Assembly (NCBI GenBank): GCA_965116795.1
Contig: OZ220716.1
Span: 746,503-810,502 of the forward strand
Source: Gammaproteobacteria bacterium
GTDB taxonomy: Bacteria > Pseudomonadota > Gammaproteobacteria > JAJFKG01
Reading direction: 5' to 3'
DNA length: 64,000 bases
In this document: piece after piece, positions 39,671 to 50,165 of the stretch
Position numbering within the stretch: the first letter of the stretch is position 1
Layout of the letters: each line of letters begins with the position of its first letter
The notes under the pieces: generated by a model
The model's database searches: none
What the model was told of the DNA's origin: nothing
The model's input: the letters and a program-made list of their open reading frames with translations, nothing else
Made by a program: the position numbers and the translations under genes

Positions 39671-41515
39671 ATGGAAGAACAATATTGGCATCACTTTGGA
39701 TTAACCCAATCACCATTTGACGTCGATCAGGAAGAAGCATCGTATTTCCCAATAAAAGGGTGGGAGCAACGCATGGAGTTGTTGACCCATTTATGTCAAT
39801 TTAGCCAAGTGTTATTAGTAATAGCCGGTGAAGCAGGTTGTGGTAAATCAACATTTAACCGGCAATTTATTAATGCGATGCGTTCAACGGATACCATTAT
39901 TTGTGAAATGATTGGCAGTGATATATTAACACCTAGTCAATTATGGCAGCAATTAAGTGAATATCTTGATTTAAACCAAACTGATGTAGAAACGACTAAA
40001 CTATCTACGCAAATTAATCAAGTCGCTACTGCACTCAGTTCATTACAGCAACCACATTTGCTAGTGATTGATGATGCACATTTGTTACCAACAAAAACAT
40101 TATCTGCATTATTGCAATTAATAGCCATGCAGACAGATCTTAAGAATAGATTGCGTGTATTGTTAATTGGTAGTCCAATGTTGTCTGAACGGTTAGATGT
40201 GTTAGCACAAGAAAGTCAGTCTGAAAGCCTGATTCATACTATGGTGTTTGAGCCATTTACCTTAGCACAAACCAAACGGTATTTAGAATTTTGTTTTAAA
40301 CAAGTCGGCTGTCAAGACACATTACCCATTCCCGACACGCAAATTGCGCGGATTTATCGAGATTCTCAAGGAAATCCACGTTTGATCAACGATATGACAG
40401 AAGAATGGATGGTAACCGTTAGCAATCAACAGCATGTGCTCGCCGCACAATCATCATTGTTATCAAGACGCAATAAACAACTGCTAATAGTTGGTTTATT
40501 AGTGTTCATAACAGGCGTAATATTTTTAGTAACACCACTATTGCAGCGGAAAATACAATTAACTGATGTATCCCGGCAAACTAACGATGATCAAAAAATC
40601 CAGGCATTAGTGAATGTGGATGACAAACAGGCTACTACAATACCCTTACCAGCACAGACACGCTTATCTGATGCGACGTCCACTTCCACTGCTAAACAGG
40701 TGAAGATAATGGAAACAGTGGCAATTGCCTCACCGGCAACGACTGATTTTTTGGAAAAAATAGTTAATCAAGCCGTTAAACAACCTACTGTCAACAAAGT
40801 AGCTAGTAAGATAACAAAACCAATTTCACCAGTTATTGCTAAACAAAAAACACCAACAACGCAACATAAAACTGTTAAACAAGCACAAACAGCAGCATCA
40901 GCGAAGCGGCTTAGTCGACAGCAGGCAGAAGCGATTTTAGCAAGCATTAATCATGATGCTGATATCGACGATGATTTCTTGAATGGTGATTTGGCATCAT
41001 CAATGGCTGTTGAACAGCAACAGATAGACAATGCTAAACAGGATCGTATTGTAGCAACAAAGCCATCGACCGCATCTAATAAGGCAGTACAACCTGTTGT
41101 CATTGTTCACCCACGTGCGGATCGGCAAAAAAAGGTTACTGAGCTAGCTGAAAAACAACACAGTAATCAACAACAACACACCACTCAATATACATTGCAA
41201 CTAGTTGGATTAGGTTCTGAACAAGCTGCTGCACAGTTTATTAAACAGTATCGGTTACAGCAGGCACGTATTGTTCACGTGCGTTCGCATCAACAACAAT
41301 TTTACGTTGTATTAATTGGTGACTATCCATCAAAAGTTGCTGCAAAACAAGCGCTAATAACCATGCCGTTAATTATTCAACAATTAAAACCGTGGATAAG
41401 AACATTGGCTAGCGTGCAACAGGCAACGTTGTCGGATGCTGATGCTGCTCCACAACAAGCCAAGCAAACCAAAATGATTTCTGGTAATGTTGCTCATGCA
41501 AATACACTGTTTTAA
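39671..41515 (+). CDS. DamX-like protein: ExeA-type AAA domain, TM segment, C-terminal SPOR domain
   Basis: GEAGCGKST, LVIDDAH, GNPRLIN, TM, YTLQL...G.Y...A...PW.R; downstream of aroB. Confidence 0.85.
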   Translation: MEEQYWHHFGLTQSPFDVDQEEASYFPIKGWEQRMELLTHLCQFSQVLLVIAGEAGCGKSTFNRQFINAMRSTDTIICEMIGSDILTPSQLWQQLSEYLDLNQTDVETTKLSTQINQVATALSSLQQPHLLVIDDAHLLPTKTLSALLQLIAMQTDLKNRLRVLLIGSPMLSERLDVLAQESQSESLIHTMVFEPFTLAQTKRYLEFCFKQVGCQDTLPIPDTQIARIYRDSQGNPRLINDMTEEWMVTVSNQQHVLAAQSSLLSRRNKQLLIVGLLVFITGVIFLVTPLLQRKIQLTDVSRQTNDDQKIQALVNVDDKQATTIPLPAQTRLSDATSTSTAKQVKIMETVAIASPATTDFLEKIVNQAVKQPTVNKVASKITKPISPVIAKQKTPTTQHKTVKQAQTAASAKRLSRQQAEAILASINHDADIDDDFLNGDLASSMAVEQQQIDNAKQDRIVATKPSTASNKAVQPVVIVHPRADRQKKVTELAEKQHSNQQQHTTQYTLQLVGLGSEQAAAQFIKQYRLQQARIVHVRSHQQQFYVVLIGDYPSKVAAKQALITMPLIIQQLKPWIRTLASVQQATLSDADAAPQQAKQTKMISGNVAHANTLF

Positions 41516-41522
41516 TTATGAC

Positions 41523-41544
41523 GTAACGACGACCGAATAGTTAC
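41523..41544 (+). repeat. Family E 22-bp repeat
   Basis: GTAACGACGACCGAATAGTTAC, similar to 13990-14012. Confidence 0.55.
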
Positions 41545-41549
41545 ACTTA

Positions 41550-41727
41550 TAGCTTTTCAGAAACATAAATTGAATTATAACGTTCAGATTGGGTTTAGCT
41601 AGACGGGTTGCGATTGAAAAAAAGCAGAGGAATAGTTGAGCTATTTTGAGCATTTTTTGAATGAGCAACGCGGTTAGGTGAGCGTAAGATGAAATGTTAT
41701 AATTCAATTTATGTTTCTGAAAAGCTA
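41550..41727 (+). repeat. 178-bp palindromic element, family C
   Basis: TAGCTTTTCAGAAACATAAATTGAATTATAAC terminal inverted repeats; homolog of 25003-25180. Confidence 0.92.
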
Positions 41728-41738
41728 TAGGAGTAAAT

Positions 41739-42800
41739 ATGCCAGTTTTACAAAATGATCGCTTGCTACGTGCATTGTTACGTCAGCAAGTAGATTACAC
41801 ACCGATTTGGATCATGCGACAAGCAGGTCGTTATTTACCAGAATATTGCGCACTGCGTCAACAAACACCAGATTTTTTAACATTTTGTAAAACACCTGAG
41901 TTAGCTTGTGAAGCAACCTTACAACCATTGCAACGCTATCCATTAGATGCAGCGATTATTTTTTCTGACATTTTAACCATTCCGGATGCAATGGGATTAG
42001 GTTTACATTTCATTGAAGGTAAGGGGCCTCAATTTCAACATCCAATTCGATCAGCAACTGATATTAATAAATTAGGTATTCCTGATCCAATGCAAGAATT
42101 GCGTTATGTCTGTAATGCAGTTTCAATGACAAGAAAAGCCTTACACAATAGGGTGCCATTGATTGGTTTTGCGGGCAGTCCATGGACGTTAGCAACGTAT
42201 ATGGTCGAAGGCGGTAGCAGCAAGCAGTTTAGTATTATCAAAAGCATGATGTATAGTGATCCGACTAGTTTGCATAAATTGTTAGCTTTGTTGGCAGAAG
42301 CAGTGACTATTTACCTAAATGCCCAAATTGCAATGGGTGCACAAGCTATTATGTTATTTGATACGTGGGGTGGTGTATTAACAACAGAAGATTATCGTGA
42401 TTTCTCACTGAATTATATGGCGCAAATTGTCAATGATTTAATCTGGGAACACGAAGGGCGACGTGTTCCTATTACATTGTTTACTAAAAATGGTAATCTA
42501 TGGCTAAGTGCCATTGCGCAAACAGGGTGTGATGCAATTGGTGTCGATTGGACAATCCCACTCGCGCAAGCACGTGCACAAATTACTAATAAGGTTGCGC
42601 TGCAGGGTAATTTGGATCCGTGTATTTTACTTGGACCAAAACAACGTATTCGTCAGGAAGTACATGCAGTGCTTGAGAGTTATGGTAAAGGCCCTGGACA
42701 TATATTTAATTTAGGCCACGGTATTCTGCCAGAAACACCTCCGGAAAATGTGGCTTATTTGGTTGATGTGGTGCATGAATTAAGTCAAGAATATCAGTGA
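41739..42800 (+). CDS. hemE: Uroporphyrinogen decarboxylase
   Basis: [44 protein letters not shown]. Confidence 0.97.
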   Translation: MPVLQNDRLLRALLRQQVDYTPIWIMRQAGRYLPEYCALRQQTPDFLTFCKTPELACEATLQPLQRYPLDAAIIFSDILTIPDAMGLGLHFIEGKGPQFQHPIRSATDINKLGIPDPMQELRYVCNAVSMTRKALHNRVPLIGFAGSPWTLATYMVEGGSSKQFSIIKSMMYSDPTSLHKLLALLAEAVTIYLNAQIAMGAQAIMLFDTWGGVLTTEDYRDFSLNYMAQIVNDLIWEHEGRRVPITLFTKNGNLWLSAIAQTGCDAIGVDWTIPLAQARAQITNKVALQGNLDPCILLGPKQRIRQEVHAVLESYGKGPGHIFNLGHGILPETPPENVAYLVDVVHELSQEYQ

Positions 42801-42863
42801 TTATTTAGGTCCTATTAAGGAAAACGCCATCATTTGGAAAAATGAAGATTGATTGAGTAGTGA

Positions 42864-43217
<354 letters not shown>

Positions 43218-43228
43218 AAGGAACACTA

Positions 43229-44539
43229 ATGTTACGGCTACTGTATTCATTTGGCTTTGCTTGTTGCTTACCCTTTATTCTAATACGTTTATTATGGCGT
43301 TCTCGGCACAATCCAGCTTATCGGCAACGCCTAGCAGAACGTTTTAGTTTTGCGTTAATTAAACAGAAAAAAAATGGTATTTGGATACATACTGTCTCGA
43401 TGGGTGAAGCAATTGCAGCAACGCCATTAATCAAGGCAATTCAACAACAATATCCACAATTACCAGTGACAGTAACTGCAATGACAGTGACGGGTTCTGA
43501 GTATATTAGCCACACATTTACTAATAGTGTTTACCATTGTTATTTACCTTATGACGTATATTGTATGCAGCGACGTTTTCTTAAAAAATTATCACCGCGA
43601 TTGGTTATCATTTTGGAAACGGAGTTATGGCCAAACTTATTAGCAGCTTGTCGATATTACGCTATTCCAGTATTGCTTGCTAATGGTCGTTTGTCTGCAC
43701 GTTCAGCACGCGGATATCGTCTTATTTCACCGATAACACGTAGCATGTTATCTAGTATTCACGTTATGTCTGTACAAGAAGATGCACATAAGCAGCGTTT
43801 TCAACAGTTGGGAATGCCACTGTCTACTATTCATGTGACGGGCAGTGTGAAGTTTGATATTACGGTTCCAGAAAATGTTATTGCACAAGGACAACAGTTA
43901 CGCCAGCAACTAGGTACAACGCGTCCCGTTTGGATTGCAGCGAGTACTCATGAAGGTGAAGAACAACAATTGCTGGAATTGCATCGTCGCTTACAAACCC
44001 ATATCCCAACTGTGTTATTGATCATAGTACCACGACATCCACAACGCTTTGATAAAGTGACTCAATATGCTAATGATGCTGGATATAACGTTATTCGATA
44101 CAGCCAGCGACAAGATTGGACTACTGATGCAGTTGCGGCAGCAAATGTTGTGGTCGGTGATGTCATGGGACAGTTATTAATGCTATACGCCAGTGCAGAT
44201 GCTGCCTTTGTTGGGGGAAGTTTAATTAAACATGGTGGACATAATCCACTAGAACCAGCAGCACTGAAGTTACCCATTATTGTTGGTGAACATATGTTTA
44301 ATTTTATTGAAATCACTAAAAAATTAGTCGAAGGTGGTGGAATGCAGCAAGTAACTGACTTAGATCAATTGACTGATACAATAAAACAATGGCTAATAAC
44401 GCCAACACTAGCACAACAAGTCGGTGAACGAGCACAGCAAGTAGTGTTGCAAAATCGTGGTGCATTGCAAAAACAGTTAGACTTAGTTGAGCAGCTTTTA
44501 AAAGACTCTCCTTCCTACGACCGTCACCCCGCGACTTGA
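43229..44539 (+). CDS. waaA: Kdo transferase
   Basis: WIH..S.GE, YLPYD, ETELWPN, NGRLS, AASTH.GEE, VPRHP.RF, GGHNPLEPA. Confidence 0.96.
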   Translation: MLRLLYSFGFACCLPFILIRLLWRSRHNPAYRQRLAERFSFALIKQKKNGIWIHTVSMGEAIAATPLIKAIQQQYPQLPVTVTAMTVTGSEYISHTFTNSVYHCYLPYDVYCMQRRFLKKLSPRLVIILETELWPNLLAACRYYAIPVLLANGRLSARSARGYRLISPITRSMLSSIHVMSVQEDAHKQRFQQLGMPLSTIHVTGSVKFDITVPENVIAQGQQLRQQLGTTRPVWIAASTHEGEEQQLLELHRRLQTHIPTVLLIIVPRHPQRFDKVTQYANDAGYNVIRYSQRQDWTTDAVAAANVVVGDVMGQLLMLYASADAAFVGGSLIKHGGHNPLEPAALKLPIIVGEHMFNFIEITKKLVEGGGMQQVTDLDQLTDTIKQWLITPTLAQQVGERAQQVVLQNRGALQKQLDLVEQLLKDSPSYDRHPAT

Positions 44540-44640
44540 TCGCGGGGTCCAGGGAATGAGTATATTATTCTGATATTTACTGTCATTGTCTCTCTGAGCT
44601 TTGTTCCCTGGATCCCGCGATCAAGCCGCGGGATGACGGT
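44520..44640. repeat. CGTC-type REP dimer (Rickettsia RPE-4-like)
   Basis: CGTCACCCCGCGACTTGATCGCGGGGTCCAGGGAA ... TTCCCTGGATCCCGCGATCAAGCCGCGGGATGACG between convergent genes. Confidence 0.88.
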
Positions 44641-44647
44641 ACTGAAG

Positions 44648-44875
44648 TTAAGCTAACCATTCAAATAGTGTTGTTGGTTGTTTAGTGCATTGTAAAGGAC
44701 AACCTTTACACCCACGATTGTCATAACAACATTGGCGTACTTTTCCTTTGCGAATGAAATATTGCAACATCCCTTCAATTACACTATCTTGCTCAGAAAA
44801 TTGAATAGTCAACTGAGTCAATGATACCCGTTGTTTGGTTTGCAAATAATCCCGTAATGCCATTAACGATACCAT
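44648..44875 (-). CDS. feoC: FeoC-like winged-helix protein with Cys cluster
   Basis: L..LRDYL, GML....KGKV, GCKGC...C; TAATG overlap with feoB stop. Confidence 0.8.
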   Translation of the reverse strand: MVSLMALRDYLQTKQRVSLTQLTIQFSEQDSVIEGMLQYFIRKGKVRQCCYDNRGCKGCPLQCTKQPTTLFEWLA

Positions 44876-47178
44876 TAAGAATACCCCGTAGATAACACTG
44901 GTTTTGATAAAGCAATCTGTTTTGTACTGCATAAGTGTAACGCTGTAATAAACAGTGCATTGACACTGAGTAATCCAATGATCCAGCTACTAGCAACTAA
45001 TGGTTGCTGCCACCAGATACTTAGTTGATAAAACACTACTGCAATAGTATAGGCAATTAATACACTCCAACCAGTGGCTAATGCCATCCAAGTACTACCA
45101 ACTTCGCGCATTAATGTTGCTAGTGTAGATGCACACGGAATATATAATAAAACGAATAGCAAATAAGCAAATGCAGCTATTGGATTAACGAATGCACGAT
45201 ACATATGTTGCATAGCATTAGCTGAGAATTCATGTTCTGCTTCATTAGCGGTAAATGGATTGATCATTTGTGCAGAAAATAACTGTTTAAAACCATTAAC
45301 TGTCTCAGTAACTGCACCACCTAATTGTGGTAGTAATTCAAAGTGGTTTTTTGTTACGGTTGTATTATCTTGACTGTATAATGTGTTTAACGTCCCGACA
45401 ACAACTTCTTTAGCTAAAAAACCAGTGATGATTCCAACTGTAGCTGGCCAGTTTTCTTGAGTGATCCCCATTGGATGGAAGACAGGTGTGATTGAACGAC
45501 TGACTGTTGATAATATGGATTGCTGACTGCCATTTGCAACAATGTGGCCATTGGTTTCAATTGCATTAAGGCTGCCAATCAATACACACATTGGTACAAT
45601 GACTTTACCTGCACGAAATACAAACCGTTTTAATTTTTGGCTGGTTAAGCGCCAAATCGTGTTGAATAATGGTTTGTGATACGTTGGCAATTCTAATAAA
45701 AATGGTTCGCCTTCACCACGCAACAGTGTTTTCTTGAATAATAACCCAGTGAGCATGGCAACACTGATCCCGATTAAATATAAAGAAAATACCACAAAGC
45801 CGCCGTGTGTTGGAAAAAATGCATGTGCAAATACCACAAAAATTGCTAAGCGAGCACCACACGACATAAAAGGTGACATTAAACATGTTAAAACTCTATC
45901 GCGTGGACTATCTAATGTGCGTGTTGCCATGATGGAGGGGACGTTACAACCAAAGCCGATAATTAATGGTACAAATGATTTACCTGGTAATCCAACCCAT
46001 TGCATGAAACGGTCCATAACAAATGCAGCACGTGCCATGTAACCGGAATCTTCTAAAAATGCTAAGAACAAAAACAGTAAACCAATTTGTGGGATGAATT
46101 GCACCACGGTATTAATGCCTAATCCAATGCCGTGCGCAACAACAGCAGTGAGCCAAATGGGTAAATGATATTGCTGTCCAAGATAATCAAGACCATCGAT
46201 AAAAATAGCACGTGAACTGATATCAAATAATGGTTGTAATAATGTGCCGATGTTCATTGAAAATTCGAACATCAAATACATAATCAATAAAAAGCATGGG
46301 ATCCCAAACCAACGATGCATAACAATATTGTCAATACGTTGAGTGACAGTATGTGTAGCAGTTGATTGTTTCTGGGTGCAGCGATCATATAGCCCATTAA
46401 TGACTTGATAACGAGCATCGGCAATTAAAATATCACATTCTTCAGTGGTTGCTTGTTTAGTATCATGACTGATGTCAGCAACGAGTTGGTGAATGTTAGG
46501 AGCATCATATAATTGTTGAATAGCGATATCCTGTTCAAGTAATCGCAATGCTAAACATTCAACGTGAATACCGCTGGTTTGTTGACAACGTGCGATGGCA
46601 CTTTGTAGTGAAGGTAAGGCAGATTGTATGACTGAAGGTAGCTGTAATTGATAATGAGGTATTGCTTGCTTCAGATTATGAGTAACAATCGCATCGCATA
46701 ATTGAATCAGTCCTTGTTTTTTATTAGCAACGATCGGGACCACTAGACAACCAACGAGTTGACTTAATGCAGCTGTATCAATCGAAATACCATGTTGTTT
46801 TGCAATATCACACATGTTAAGTGCAATAATGCAGGGGATACCCATTTCCAATAGTTGTACGGTTAAATATAAATTGCGTTTAAGATTGGCTGCATCAACG
46901 ATATTAATATATAAATCAGCTTGCTGATCATCGATAAAACGACACACGATTTGTTCATCGATTGCAGTGTTAGTATTAGTCGTGGTTAATGAATAGGTGC
47001 CGGGCAAGTCAGTAACGTTGATAGTCTGTTGTTGATGGGTAAATTGTCCTTGTTTTTTACTGACAGTTACTCCAGGCCAATTACCAATTTTTTGTTGACT
47101 GCCAGTCAATGCATTAAATAAAGTTGTTTTACCGCAATTTGGATTGCCGACAATAGCAATGTGAAACGGTGATGTCAT
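44875..47178 (-). CDS. feoB: Ferrous iron transporter B
   Basis: GNPNCGKTT, GNWPGVTV, DLPGTYSL, LEDSGYMAR, GFGCNVP, MSCGARL, LY.PC. Confidence 0.97.
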   Translation of the reverse strand: MTSPFHIAIVGNPNCGKTTLFNALTGSQQKIGNWPGVTVSKKQGQFTHQQQTINVTDLPGTYSLTTTNTNTAIDEQIVCRFIDDQQADLYINIVDAANLKRNLYLTVQLLEMGIPCIIALNMCDIAKQHGISIDTAALSQLVGCLVVPIVANKKQGLIQLCDAIVTHNLKQAIPHYQLQLPSVIQSALPSLQSAIARCQQTSGIHVECLALRLLEQDIAIQQLYDAPNIHQLVADISHDTKQATTEECDILIADARYQVINGLYDRCTQKQSTATHTVTQRIDNIVMHRWFGIPCFLLIMYLMFEFSMNIGTLLQPLFDISSRAIFIDGLDYLGQQYHLPIWLTAVVAHGIGLGINTVVQFIPQIGLLFLFLAFLEDSGYMARAAFVMDRFMQWVGLPGKSFVPLIIGFGCNVPSIMATRTLDSPRDRVLTCLMSPFMSCGARLAIFVVFAHAFFPTHGGFVVFSLYLIGISVAMLTGLLFKKTLLRGEGEPFLLELPTYHKPLFNTIWRLTSQKLKRFVFRAGKVIVPMCVLIGSLNAIETNGHIVANGSQQSILSTVSRSITPVFHPMGITQENWPATVGIITGFLAKEVVVGTLNTLYSQDNTTVTKNHFELLPQLGGAVTETVNGFKQLFSAQMINPFTANEAEHEFSANAMQHMYRAFVNPIAAFAYLLFVLLYIPCASTLATLMREVGSTWMALATGWSVLIAYTIAVVFYQLSIWWQQPLVASSWIIGLLSVNALFITALHLCSTKQIALSKPVLSTGYS

Positions 47179-47420
47179 GGTAATATGGCCTCACATTCGA
47201 CGTAGGCTAATTCGTGACTACGCACGCTTAATGCACAATCCCCAATGCGAATTTCGATGGTGTTGCCTAAAGGTGCACGGCGGATGACTGCAAAATGTTG
47301 CTTGGGTAATAATCCCATTGATAGTAATTTATGTTTATATTCGCGATTGATCCCGGCACGGAAACGACGGATACGGTATTGTAATCCAGGTAAAAAAGTC
47401 GTTGGGGTTGGCGTATTCAT
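47175..47420 (-). CDS. feoA: Ferrous iron transport protein A
   Basis: KLLSMGLLP, RRAPLG..IEI, LS.R..E. Confidence 0.92.
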   Translation of the reverse strand: MNTPTPTTFLPGLQYRIRRFRAGINREYKHKLLSMGLLPKQHFAVIRRAPLGNTIEIRIGDCALSVRSHELAYVECEAILP

Positions 47421-47505
47421 CAGATGGATAGGCCCCTAAAATTGTTTAATATTTAATTGAGATTGTTAGCATAAATAATATTCATCATTTATGCTATAGC
47501 TTATT

Positions 47506-47524
47506 GCAAATGAGAATGATTTGC
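47506..47524. promoter_or_regulatory. Fur box upstream of feoABC
   Basis: GCAAATGAGAATGATTTGC matches the 19-bp Fur consensus pattern; additional inverted repeat at 47467-47496. Confidence 0.8.
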
Positions 47525-47578
47525 AACAATGGCAGCAAGCACGTATTAATTGGCAACAAATTGCCCAGAATGGTGGAA

Positions 47579-49189
47579 TTATAACAATGTGTGTTGTTCT
47601 AGCATCGGCGTTGAATTTATAGCTAGCTTGGGAAGTGGAGGTTTAGTGGGTTTGCTCACAGTAGCAGATTGTTTACGCAGGCTTGATTTGGTTTTTGGTG
47701 TTGGTTGCTGCCGAGCAGGTTGTTTGTTGGTAACGGTATTAGGTTTATTGGGTTTAGGTTGAGAGCGTGGTGCTTTTTGTGATGTAGGTTGTGGCATGGA
47801 TGCATGTTTGTGAGCATCATCTTCAGGTGATGCCGCTTTTTTTGCGGCCGCTTCGCTATGCACTAGCAAACGATTGATCCCTTGTAGATCAGCCAAACTT
47901 AATGTACCAGCTGCTTGTTTCAATGCAATGGTAACCAGCAAATAGTTATATTGGTCTTGTGCATGTTGCTGTTGTGCTTGGGTTAATGTTGCGACTGAAT
48001 CTAATACGTCAATGATAGTACGTGTTCCTACTTTAAATGATTCTTCATTGGTTTTTAGCGAACCTTGTGCAGAACGAATAAATTGTCTGTCCGCATTAAT
48101 TTTACTGATTCCAGCGATGACATTATTGTAATTTTGTCGAGTATCATTAACAGTTTGTCGATACTGCTGTTGTTCCTCAGCGATTGCAACATGATATTGT
48201 GCGATTGCTTGACGAGTTTGTGAGGCGACTAAACCACCTTGAAAAATGGGTAAGTTAATAGTGACACCAATACTTGAATCAAGTTCGTTAACTGATTGTA
48301 TGCCACCAAGGCTATTGCGATTACGTATACTGGATGCATCAACTGTCACTGTCGGGAAGTGGCCAGCATGCGCTTGAGTGACATTTGCAGAAGCAGCTTT
48401 TGTAGTATAGCGCGTTGCTTGTAAATCAAAGTTTTGTTGTTTTGCCCTATCAACCCACGCAGTAATATTAGCTGGTGTTGGACGAACCAAAGGTAAACGT
48501 TTACGCAGTGGTGCTAAATCAGTGTAATACACATTGGTAATGGCACGTAAATCTTCTCTGGCATCTTGAACTGCATTTTTATCAGCAATGACTTGTGCGA
48601 CCGATGCATCGTAATTTGCTTTGGCATTGTAAACGCCCGTAATAGTACTTATCCCAACTCGATATTTTTCTTGTTCTTGATCAAGTTGACGGTAATTAGC
48701 ACGTTTACCGGCTAAATCATAGCGCAATGTATCTTGCGCATCTAAGACTCGAAAGTAGGCACGTGCTACACGTTGTATTAAATTTTGTTGCGCTGCATTA
48801 AATGTAGCGACTGCTGCTTTGACATCTGCTTTTGCTGCAGATACTGCTGAGAATTGCCCCAGATCAAACACTGTTTGTGACAAGGTAAGACCATAGTCAG
48901 TGCTAGCAAAATGGTGTTTACCACGTGATAGTGACGAGTTATTTTTTGTGAAATTATTGGTTTCGTTACCTTGATGATTACCACCAGCTATTATTTGTGG
49001 AAGTAATACAGCGATTGCTTGCGGTGTTTTTTCAATATCTGCGCGGTATTGTGCGCTGGCTTTTTGGAAAGTAGGATCGCTTTTTAGTGCTTGTTGGTAT
49101 ACTTGTACCAAGTCAGTTAAAGCTACTGCAGGAAGCGATATGCTGACTAAGCCGAACACTATTAATAGCCTTTTTATTATTGCTAACAT
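47579..49189 (-). CDS. tolC: TolC outer membrane channel with long low-complexity C-terminal tail
   Basis: DL..VYQQA...DP, LPIFQGG, VGTRTIIDVL; downstream of pcm. Confidence 0.92.
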   Translation of the reverse strand: MLAIIKRLLIVFGLVSISLPAVALTDLVQVYQQALKSDPTFQKASAQYRADIEKTPQAIAVLLPQIIAGGNHQGNETNNFTKNNSSLSRGKHHFASTDYGLTLSQTVFDLGQFSAVSAAKADVKAAVATFNAAQQNLIQRVARAYFRVLDAQDTLRYDLAGKRANYRQLDQEQEKYRVGISTITGVYNAKANYDASVAQVIADKNAVQDAREDLRAITNVYYTDLAPLRKRLPLVRPTPANITAWVDRAKQQNFDLQATRYTTKAASANVTQAHAGHFPTVTVDASSIRNRNSLGGIQSVNELDSSIGVTINLPIFQGGLVASQTRQAIAQYHVAIAEEQQQYRQTVNDTRQNYNNVIAGISKINADRQFIRSAQGSLKTNEESFKVGTRTIIDVLDSVATLTQAQQQHAQDQYNYLLVTIALKQAAGTLSLADLQGINRLLVHSEAAAKKAASPEDDAHKHASMPQPTSQKAPRSQPKPNKPNTVTNKQPARQQPTPKTKSSLRKQSATVSKPTKPPLPKLAINSTPMLEQHTLL

Positions 49190-49201
49190 ATTTTTCTCAT
49201 A

Positions 49202-49855
49202 TTAAAAAATAAATGCGTTATCGTGTATCGTATGATCAAGTGTTGCTACATTCGTTTCAAACAGTATAGTATGTTGCCAATCTGTTTCATTTTGACGGGT
49301 GTACAGTGTTGCCGCCATAACCGGTGCATCGCCAACAATACAAAATAAACGGCCACCGCAACGCAAGTCACGTCGAAGACGGGTTGGCAAATAGGGCAAC
49401 GAACCGGTAATCACGATAACATCATAGGGCGCACATTGTTGGTAACCATTGGTGCCATCGGCTGTAATCAATTCCACATTGGTAATACTGCATTGTTGTA
49501 AACGCGCTTTTGCGCGCTGACTCAATTCCAAATGGATATCGATGCTATATACCATAGCACCAAAGTGGGCCAGTAGTGCAGTAAAATAACCACTGCCTGT
49601 GCCTATTACTAAAATATTATCACTTGGTTGAATAGCTAATGCATTTAAAATTCGTGCTTCTTCCATGGGAGATAACATGGTTTGGCCGTAGCCAATAGGC
49701 AAATGGGTATCAGCAAATGCGAGATTGAGATGTTGTTTGGGAACAAAGGCTTCACGTGGTACTTGTTGCATGACAGCTATGATATCATCATTGTCTACGT
49801 TACAAGCGTGAATCTGTTGTTTTAACATGTTAGTGCGAGCAACTTCGATGTCCAT
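49202..49855 (-). CDS. pcm: Protein-L-isoaspartate O-methyltransferase family
   Basis: AR.NM..QQI, VPRE.FVP, IGTGSGY, PYDVI.ITGS, LFET. Confidence 0.9.
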   Translation of the reverse strand: MDIEVARTNMLKQQIHACNVDNDDIIAVMQQVPREAFVPKQHLNLAFADTHLPIGYGQTMLSPMEEARILNALAIQPSDNILVIGTGSGYFTALLAHFGAMVYSIDIHLELSQRAKARLQQCSITNVELITADGTNGYQQCAPYDVIVITGSLPYLPTRLRRDLRCGGRLFCIVGDAPVMAATLYTRQNETDWQHTILFETNVATLDHTIHDNAFIF

Positions 49856-50006
49856 AAATGACCTTCAATATAAACACATTTTGGTGGCGTCAAGACCGGC
49901 TGAGTAGTGACAATAGATTGTCATCGATAATACCGCCATCCATGCTAAAAGTGTAGATGAATGGCTAAAATTTGTCATTGTATGGCATTTCAGAAAAATA
50001 ATTAGC

Positions 50007-50133
50007 TATACTCTTCGCGTTTTAAATTTAGGTCTTCGTTGGCTTCGCCTCCTCACAACAGTCATGTATTTTAATACACTCCTGTTGTTCACAGGCTTGC
50101 CGCCTCGCCTAAACTCAAAACGCTTTGAGTATA
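50007..50133 (-). repeat. Family A element (reverse orientation)
   Basis: Reverse complement of family A: TATACTCTTCGCGTTTTAAATTTAGG ... GCCTCGCCTAAACTCAAAACGCTTTGAGTATA. Confidence 0.9.
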
Positions 50134-50165
50134 TTCAAGTGTTTTATTAATGAGCGTGATCTAAA

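Noticed and set aside
49856-49980. TPP, SAH or SAM riboswitch upstream of pcm
   Set aside because: The diagnostic conserved motifs of these classes are not present
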